Shown one piece after another: positions 31,756 to 37,378 of a stretch of 37,378 bases of DNA. The DNA lies in assembly GCA_050695275.1 (NCBI GenBank), contig JBOGVC010000094.1:1-37378 (forward strand), given 5' to 3'. This DNA is from Actinomycetota bacterium. GTDB lineage: Bacteria; Actinomycetota; UBA4738; HRBIN12. The notes below the pieces were generated by a model. That model ran no database searches. It saw nothing but the letters and a program-made list of their open reading frames with translations, and was not told the DNA's origin. Within the stretch, counting starts at the first letter, position 1, and every line of letters starts with the position of its first letter. Made by a program: the position numbers and the translations under genes.

Positions 31756-32088
31756 ATGGAGTTCGTGCGCGTCGCTTCGCTCGCAGAGATCCCCGAGGGC
31801 GAGATGCGGGCCTTCGATCTCTCCTCCGGACGGGTGGCCGTCGCGCACGTGGAAGCGAGACTGTTCGCGTTCGCCGACGAGTGCACCCATGCCGGGTGTG
31901 CCCTCTCGGAGGGAGACTTCGATGATCGGGCCGCCACCGTCGAGTGCCCGTGTCACGGGAGCGTCTTCGACGTCGAGACGGGTGAGCCCATCGACGGCCC
32001 CGCCCAGGATCCGGTGGCGATCCACCAGGCCAGGCTCGTGGACGGATGGGTGGAGCTCGCCGATCGACCGGTCCGCGAGGGCGGCTGA
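31756..32088 (+). CDS. Small Rieske [2Fe-2S] ferredoxin
   Basis: CTHAGC ... CPCHGS (CxH / CxxH ligand boxes). Its 110 aa is typical of oxygenase-associated or stand-alone Rieske ferredoxins. Confidence 0.88.
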   Translation: MEFVRVASLAEIPEGEMRAFDLSSGRVAVAHVEARLFAFADECTHAGCALSEGDFDDRAATVECPCHGSVFDVETGEPIDGPAQDPVAIHQARLVDGWVELADRPVREGG

Positions 32089-32128
32089 TCCGGGACTGGT
32101 TCCCGAGTCGCGCTCCGGGGTAGGCTCG

Positions 32129-32166
32129 CTCCTCGTCCGGCTTGCTGGCTTCTGGCGAACGAGGAG
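32129..32166 (+). promoter_or_regulatory. Candidate anti-SD hairpin sequestering the TrpB2 ribosome-binding site
   Basis: CTCCTCGT (32129-32136) is the exact reverse complement of ACGAGGAG (32159-32166). The latter contains the GAGGAG SD 9 nt before ATG 32176. The loop is 22 nt. Confidence 0.35.
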
Positions 32167-32175
32167 GCTTCCCCG

Positions 32176-33579
32176 ATGAGCGACGCGCCGATCCGGTTCG
32201 ATCTCCCGCACGATCAGCTTCCGACCGCGTGGCTGAACATCATGCCCTCCATCGCGCAGTCGGGGATCCAGCCTCTTCCGCCGCTGCATCCCGGAACGCA
32301 CGAGCCCGTCACGCCGGATCTCCTGGCTCCACTGTTCCCCGAAGCGTTGATCATGCAAGAGGTGTCCACCGATCCGTGGATCGACATCCCGGGGGAGATC
32401 CTCGACGTCTACCGGCTCTGGCGGCCGTCCCCGCTGCAGCGAGCCGTCCGCCTCGAGAAGGCGCTCCAGACCACCGCGCGGATCTACTACAAGTACGAGG
32501 GGGTCTCCCCGGCCGGGAGCCACAAGCCGAACACCGCGATCGCGCAGGCCTTCTACAACAAGGAGGCGGGGACGAAGCGCCTGGCCACCGAGACGGGCGC
32601 CGGGCAGTGGGGCTCCGCGCTCGCGATGGCGTCGAAGTTCTTCGGTCTCGACTGTCAGGTGTTCATGGTGAAGGCGTCGTACGAGCAGAAGCCGTACCGC
32701 CGCATCTTCATGGAGACGTTCGGCGCGGAGGTCGTTCCGTCGCCGTCGCCGACCACGCAGGCCGGGAAGGCGATCCTCGAGGCGGACCCCGCTTCGACGG
32801 GCTCCCTCGGCATCGCGATCAGCGAGGCCGTCGAGGTCGCCGCCACCTCCGGCGGGGCGATCAAGTACTCCCTCGGCTCGGTGCTGAACCACGTCCTGTT
32901 GCACCAGACAGTGATCGGTCTCGAGGCGAAGGCGCAGATGGAGCTGGCGGGCGATCGGGCCGACGTGGTGATCGGATGCGTGGGCGGCGGGTCGAACTAC
33001 GCCGGCCTGGCGTACCCGTTCATGGTCGATCGGCTGTCGGGTGCGTCGCCCGAGATGCGGTTCCTCGCCACGGAGCCGGCGGCGTGCCCCACCCTGACGA
33101 AGGGTCGGTTCGCCTACGACTTCGGTGACACGGGCGAGATGACGCCGTTGGTGCCGATGTACACCCTCGGTCACACGTTCGTGCCGGCCCCGGTGCACGC
33201 AGGGGGACTGCGCTACCACGGCGACGCACCGTCGCTCTCGCTCCTCGTCAAGCACGGCCACATGGAGGCCGTGGCCTTCTCCCAGAACGCCGTCTTCGAC
33301 GCGGCCGTGCAGTTCGCCCACACCGAAGGGATCGTGCCTGCTCCCGAGTCGGCGCACGCGGTGAGGGGGGCGATCGATGAGGCGATCGCGGCGCGCGATG
33401 CCGGAGAGGAGCGCGTGATCCTCTTCGGGCTGTCCGGTCACGGTGCGTTCGACATGCAGGCCTACGACGACTACTTGAACGGTCGCCTCCCCGAGGTGGA
33501 GTACCGGCAGGAGGACGTCACGGCGTCGCTGGCGAACGTGCCCGACGTGCCGATCCCGGGGGAGCCCGCCGACTCCTAG
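32176..33579 (+). CDS. TrpB2-type tryptophan synthase beta-like PLP enzyme (not in a trp operon)
   Basis: [10 protein letters not shown]...PLPPLHP...[10 protein letters not shown]...RPSPLQRA...[18 protein letters not shown] (PLP Lys)...[12 protein letters not shown]...[13 protein letters not shown]. The long N-terminal extension is characteristic of TrpB2. Confidence 0.9.
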   Translation: MSDAPIRFDLPHDQLPTAWLNIMPSIAQSGIQPLPPLHPGTHEPVTPDLLAPLFPEALIMQEVSTDPWIDIPGEILDVYRLWRPSPLQRAVRLEKALQTTARIYYKYEGVSPAGSHKPNTAIAQAFYNKEAGTKRLATETGAGQWGSALAMASKFFGLDCQVFMVKASYEQKPYRRIFMETFGAEVVPSPSPTTQAGKAILEADPASTGSLGIAISEAVEVAATSGGAIKYSLGSVLNHVLLHQTVIGLEAKAQMELAGDRADVVIGCVGGGSNYAGLAYPFMVDRLSGASPEMRFLATEPAACPTLTKGRFAYDFGDTGEMTPLVPMYTLGHTFVPAPVHAGGLRYHGDAPSLSLLVKHGHMEAVAFSQNAVFDAAVQFAHTEGIVPAPESAHAVRGAIDEAIAARDAGEERVILFGLSGHGAFDMQAYDDYLNGRLPEVEYRQEDVTASLANVPDVPIPGEPADS

Positions 33580-34658
33580 ATCTCCGTCTCGAACGTCCGC
33601 GGCGAGAGGCCGAACTCCTCCGCGGCGAGCTTCGCGATCTCTCGCGCGACGAGCGTGTAGCCGACCGCGTTGAAGTGGAGCCCGTCGCCCTCCCGGATCA
33701 AGATCACGCGGTTGCCTTCGCGGAAGTACGCGGTGTATCCGCCTCTGGGGTCGCGGAAGCGATCCCACGAGTCGAAGTAGGCGACGTTGCTGGAGATGCT
33801 CGCGGCGAACTCGAAGATGTCGTTCTGACGTCCCGCATGCACGCGCAGCCGGAAGTCGGCGGAGATCGGCAGGCCGGCCCACACCACCTTCGCGCCTCGC
33901 GACGTGGCGATCCGCATCATCCTCAACACCCGATCCCGATACACGGGCGGCCATGTCGCGGTACCGATCAACGCCTCACGGTTGCCACGCACGTCCTGCA
34001 ACGCCTGATGGTCGTTCTCCCCGAGCATCACGATCACGAGGTCCGGGTCGAACCGGTCGACGATGCGACGCATCGTGTACGGCCAGTTGAAGTAGTCGGG
34101 GCGTGCCAGGCCCGTCGAGATCCTGCCCTGCCCCGAGACGGTCACCAGTCGCGGCCGGAACACCCGCTCGGCGAAGTAGCCGAGACCGGCGGCGAGGGAA
34201 TCGCCGACGATCGCCACGCGGAGCTTCCGTTCCGGCGTCGGCACGCGGATCGGTTCGTTCTCCCCGCCACCGTCTCCCTCCCCGTCCTCGGGGTCCTCCG
34301 GTGGCGCGACGGGGATGTCCTCGGGCGGGGGGACGAACGCGCCCCCCGTCCTGCCCACGTCGTGACCGACGGCACGCTCGACCGTATCCGCGAGCTGGTC
34401 GAGACCGATCCAATCGCTCACCGCGGCGAGCGGCCTGAGGATCGCAAGCGACAGCGTGCGCCGGGTCCCGATCGGCGATGCCTCCGCCGCCCGTTTCATG
34501 GCCGGCGCGTACAGGAGCGTCCACGTGAGGAGGGAGACGAGGAGGACCACGAGGACCCGGCCGGCGGGCATCAAGCGTCGCCCGTACAGGACCTTGGCGG
34601 CGAGCTCCGGAGCCGCGGCCGCCGACGCGACCTCGTCTCGTCCCCACGACTCGCTCAT
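33576..34658 (-). CDS. Membrane-anchored SGNH/GDSL-fold hydrolase or acyltransferase (DUF459-like partner of MBOAT proteins)
   Basis: N-terminal [21 protein letters not shown], an acidic Pro-rich linker, block [12 protein letters not shown], block III MLGENDH, and block V GDGLHFN. Confidence 0.85.
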   Translation of the reverse strand: MSESWGRDEVASAAAAPELAAKVLYGRRLMPAGRVLVVLLVSLLTWTLLYAPAMKRAAEASPIGTRRTLSLAILRPLAAVSDWIGLDQLADTVERAVGHDVGRTGGAFVPPPEDIPVAPPEDPEDGEGDGGGENEPIRVPTPERKLRVAIVGDSLAAGLGYFAERVFRPRLVTVSGQGRISTGLARPDYFNWPYTMRRIVDRFDPDLVIVMLGENDHQALQDVRGNREALIGTATWPPVYRDRVLRMMRIATSRGAKVVWAGLPISADFRLRVHAGRQNDIFEFAASISSNVAYFDSWDRFRDPRGGYTAYFREGNRVILIREGDGLHFNAVGYTLVAREIAKLAAEEFGLSPRTFETEI

Positions 34659-34671
34659 GTGCCCGCCCTCA

Positions 34672-36099
34672 TCAGAACTGGAAGTAGATGAAGGGTGCCA
34701 CGCCAGGTGGCCCGAGGATCACGATCACCAGCAGAACGACCGCCAGAACGATCCCGAGCGGCGCGGGCTTCAGCCGGGACAGTCCCGCCTGGAGCCACAA
34801 TCCGAGTCCTCGAGGCCAGAACTGCAGCGCGAGCATCCCCAGGATCGTCAGGACGACCAGCGGATTCACGAACTCGGTCGGGGTGAACCAGCCCGTGACG
34901 AGCCGACCGAGCAGCCCGAACGCCGTCTCGAGCGAGTCGGCGCGGAAGAAGACCCATCCCACGCAGACGAGCGCGAACGTCGCGGCGCTCCGGCGGAGGT
35001 GCTCCGGCCAGCGATCTTCTTCCTCCTCCGTCTTCTCGCCGGCGATGCGTCGTCGGCGCCACTGGTTCGCGGCGAGCAGGCCTCCATGGAACGCTCCCCA
35101 GAAGACGAACGTCCACGCGGCTCCGTGCCACAGACCACCCAGGACCATCGTGACGAAGACGTTGATCAGGGTCCGCTGTTCGCCCCGCCGGTTCCCGCCG
35201 AGTGGGATGTACAGGTAGTCGCGCAACCACCGGGAGAGCGTCATGTGCCAGCGACGCCAGAACTCCTGGATCGAGCGAGCCGTGTACGGCCGGTCAAAGT
35301 TCCTCGGGAATCGGAACCCGAGCAGCTTCGCGATCCCGATCGCGATGTCGGTGTAGCCGCTGAAGTCCGCGTAGATCACGATCGCGTAGCCGACGATCCC
35401 GAAGAGCGCGTCGGGAGCGCTCCTCGTGAACGGGTCGCCGAAGACCGGGTCCACGATCTCGGCGGCGAGATAGCTGGAGACGACGACCTTCTTGAAGAGG
35501 CCGCCGAGGATCAGCCAGGCCGCCCCCGCCACGTCGACGTGGCGCTCGTCCCGACGCTCCTGCAGCTGGGGGATCAGCTCGCCTGGCCGCACGATCGGTC
35601 CGGCGACGAGGTGGGGGAAGAACGACAGGTAGAGGAACGTGTCCGTCCACCCCGCCACCTCGACGTCACCGCGATAAACGTCCACCACGTAGGCGATCGC
35701 CATGAACGTGAAGAACGAGATCCCCACGGGAAGGACCACCTGGATCAAGGGGATCGAGGACTCCATGCCGAGGGCGGCGAGTGTGTTCGTGACGTTCACC
35801 GCGAAGAACCCGTAGTACTTGAAGAAGGCGAGCGGTACCAAGAGGAGCGCGACGGCGACGCCGTTCACCACCAGTCGCGAACGGGTGGAGCGCGACCGGT
35901 CGACCGCGATCGCGCCCAGCTGCGCGAGGACGCTGATGGCTATCAAGAGCAGGACGAACCGCGGATCCCACCACGCGTAGAAGACGTAGCTCGCCGCGAT
36001 CATGAACAGCTTCCACGGTTGCGCGAGGTGGTTCAGTAGCCAGTGGCCGAGGAAGACCAACACGAAGAAGATCGCGAAGTCCACCGTGGGGAAGAGCAT
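34672..36099 (-). CDS. MBOAT-family membrane O-acyltransferase (AlgI/DltB/PatA-like)
   Basis: FYAWWDPRF, FWRRWHMTLSRWLRDYLYIPLGGNRRG, and LGGLWHGAAW (catalytic His region). About 10 TM segments. Confidence 0.92.
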   Translation of the reverse strand: MLFPTVDFAIFFVLVFLGHWLLNHLAQPWKLFMIAASYVFYAWWDPRFVLLLIAISVLAQLGAIAVDRSRSTRSRLVVNGVAVALLLVPLAFFKYYGFFAVNVTNTLAALGMESSIPLIQVVLPVGISFFTFMAIAYVVDVYRGDVEVAGWTDTFLYLSFFPHLVAGPIVRPGELIPQLQERRDERHVDVAGAAWLILGGLFKKVVVSSYLAAEIVDPVFGDPFTRSAPDALFGIVGYAIVIYADFSGYTDIAIGIAKLLGFRFPRNFDRPYTARSIQEFWRRWHMTLSRWLRDYLYIPLGGNRRGEQRTLINVFVTMVLGGLWHGAAWTFVFWGAFHGGLLAANQWRRRRIAGEKTEEEEDRWPEHLRRSAATFALVCVGWVFFRADSLETAFGLLGRLVTGWFTPTEFVNPLVVLTILGMLALQFWPRGLGLWLQAGLSRLKPAPLGIVLAVVLLVIVILGPPGVAPFIYFQF

Positions 36100-36111
36100 C
36101 GGGGACGGATG

Positions 36112-37035
36112 CTAGCCCAGGTCGGAGCCCGACCTCTCCTTCTGGAGTCCGTGCGCGTCCCCCGGGCTTCGATCGGCGGCCAGCGCACCGATGTACACGC
36201 CGGCGAGGACGAGTGGCGCTCCGAGGAGGAGCGACGACGTCACGTCTTCCCCCAGCAACAGGGCGCCGCCGATCACCGCCACGATCGGGAACAGGACGAA
36301 CTGGTAGCTCGCACCCGTGGCCGTCCACCGTCCGATCACATAGACGATCAGCATGAAGAGGAACGGCGAGGCGACGATCAGATAGCCGAGGGCCGCCCAC
36401 ACGCTCGGGCTCCTGGGTGTGTCCCAGGACTCGCGAGCGAAGAGGGAGAGCAGGAGGAGCAGCACCGCGCCCACGGTCATCCCGATCGCGTTCGTCACGA
36501 CGGGGTGGGCCGACGTCAGCAGCTTGAGGACGATGCCCGACTCCGCGGCCGCCGCCGCGGCGACGACGACCGCCAGCACCGAGAGCACGGACACGTCGCC
36601 CGAGAGCGCATCGGTCGACATCAGCGCGATACCCGCCAGCGCGACCACCGCGCCGACGATCGCGCGGAGCCGCAGTCGCTCCAGCCGATGGGCCGCGGCG
36701 AGCAGGACGGTGAGCAGAGGAACCGACGCCATCACGGTTCCACCCAGGCCGGCCGGGACCTCCTGGGAACCCCAGTAGAAGAAGGCGTACGCGATCAGGA
36801 AGCTGAGAACGCCGTAGACGAGCGCGCCGGCGAGCGCCTTCCCCCGGGGGAGCGGGTGGCGCGTCCGGGAGGCGAGCACCCAGAGGATCACGGACGCTCC
36901 CAGGAAACGGATGCCGGCGCCCCAGAACGGATCGAGCTCGCGATTGCTGAACCGCACGGCGACGATGTTCGAGCCCGCCAGGAGGACGACACCGGCGAAC
37001 GCGAGGAGGATCCGCCGGTCGATCACGTCCTTCAT
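36112..37035 (-). CDS. DMT-superfamily transporter (two EamA repeats)
   Basis: From ATG 37035 there are ten hydrophobic segments in two similar halves. Ends 12 nt before the MBOAT start. Confidence 0.85.
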   Translation of the reverse strand: MKDVIDRRILLAFAGVVLLAGSNIVAVRFSNRELDPFWGAGIRFLGASVILWVLASRTRHPLPRGKALAGALVYGVLSFLIAYAFFYWGSQEVPAGLGGTVMASVPLLTVLLAAAHRLERLRLRAIVGAVVALAGIALMSTDALSGDVSVLSVLAVVVAAAAAAESGIVLKLLTSAHPVVTNAIGMTVGAVLLLLLSLFARESWDTPRSPSVWAALGYLIVASPFLFMLIVYVIGRWTATGASYQFVLFPIVAVIGGALLLGEDVTSSLLLGAPLVLAGVYIGALAADRSPGDAHGLQKERSGSDLG

Positions 37036-37041
37036 CGACGG

Positions 37042-37047
37042 ATGATA
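37042..37047 (-). promoter_or_regulatory. -10-like hexamer TATCAT, 6 nt upstream of ATG 37035 (leaderless-type promoter candidate)
   Basis: The minus strand reads TATCAT-CCGTCG-ATG. No SD is present. Confidence 0.4.
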
Positions 37048-37116
37048 GGACCGGATGCCGAGGCGGAGGTAGCCTGTGGCCCCCACCATCCCGGCCAAGA
37101 AGACGCAGGAGGATCC

Positions 37117-37308
37117 ATGTCACGCGACATCGACTGGCACGTGTTCGACAAGGCCGCCGATATCACGGCTTCCGCGGTGCGGGGGGCGATGGGCTCCGAA
37201 GGGAGCCAGCCCGCCACCTACGTGGGTGAGGTCTTCAGCGAGATCTACGCCGCGCTGCGGAAAGCCACCGACGAGATGCCCTCGAAGGATTCGAAGCCCG
37301 GGTTCTGA
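37117..37308 (+). CDS. Hypothetical small soluble protein (63 aa)
   Basis: ATG is preceded by GCAGGAGGATCC (strong SD, 5-nt spacer). The frame has high GC3. Only the last 64 codons of track ORF 36043..37308 are plausible; the rest is antisense to the DMT gene. Confidence 0.55.
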   Translation: MSRDIDWHVFDKAADITASAVRGAMGSEGSQPATYVGEVFSEIYAALRKATDEMPSKDSKPGF

Positions 37309-37312
37309 TCCG

Positions 37313-37378
37313 GTGGATCTCGAACGGTCCCGACGGGCGGTCCTGGATTGGTACCGGCCACGCCGCCACGCGTACGCG
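37313..37378 (+). CDS. Possible 5' end of a CDS running off the window
   Basis: GTG 37313, then VDLERSRRAVLDWYRPRRHAYA stays open to the window end. It faintly resembles N-termini of MutY/HhH-GPD glycosylases (..LLxWY..R.LPWR). It is too short to be sure. Confidence 0.25.
   Translation, partial: MDLERSRRAVLDWYRPRRHAYA

Noticed and set aside
32195-32201. GGTTCGA (tRNA T-arm-like) string. I also looked generally for tRNA/rRNA/tmRNA-like sequence.
   Set aside because: It lies inside the TrpB2 coding frame and has no flanking acceptor or anticodon stem complementarity. No other T-loop-like consensus was seen in intergenic DNA.
1-37378. Window-wide look for several element types: CRISPR repeat-spacer arrays, transposase/integrase/recombinase genes, terminal inverted repeats, phage or toxin-antitoxin modules, reverse transcriptases, and classical defence-system enzymes (nucleases, helicases, STAND/AAA ATPases).
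   Set aside because: None of the credible ORFs carries such motifs, and no periodic repeat array was seen. The only repeats found are the short ones reported at 827-906 and 30429-30454. The segment looks like core chromosome rather than a mobile or defence island.

Overview
Very GC-rich, gene-dense chromosomal segment. It has strong third-position GC bias and many long Arg/Pro/Gly-rich shadow ORFs on non-coding frames. The style looks actinobacterial (inference only): many GTG/TTG starts, GTGA/ATGA-coupled operons, and TANNNT hexamers placed for leaderless mRNAs. I support about 40 protein-coding genes. I saw no rRNA/tRNA genes, CRISPR array, transposase, integrase or phage genes. All family calls come from motifs read by eye; no database search or folding calculation was run.

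Gene content in order:
- Two tandem HisKA_3 sensor kinases with no response regulator, separated by a less GC-rich spacer holding a 27-codon mini-gene and TACGAC repeats.
- A DUF5317-like membrane protein.
- A 7-gene plus-strand operon: MpaB/DUF2236 oxygenase-like, HAD-IIA phosphatase, UbiE-like methyltransferase, then three uncharacterised envelope proteins.
- A coupled CoA-transferase/methyltransferase pair, divergent from a wHTH-coiled-coil protein.
- A 5-gene Opp/Dpp-type ABC importer.
- A coupled serA-serC-DUF1015 operon.
- A PuuD-like amidohydrolase fused to GrpB, next to a second stand-alone amidotransferase.
- A coupled class-I aldolase / Zn-dehydrogenase / FGGY-kinase operon.
- DinB and an acidic lipoprotein.
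- An SDR / small membrane protein / ethanolamine-type permease / glutamine-synthetase-like operon (gamma-glutamylation type).
- greA, a CDP-alcohol phosphatidyltransferase, a Rieske ferredoxin and an orphan TrpB2.
- A DMT / MBOAT / SGNH envelope O-acylation operon.

Best candidates for something undescribed:
- The MpaB-HAD-UbiE-membrane operon (3119-7267).
- The serA-serC-DUF1015 unit.
- The C26-GrpB fusion.
- The mini-gene plus repeat module between the two kinases.
- The MBOAT/SGNH/DMT operon.
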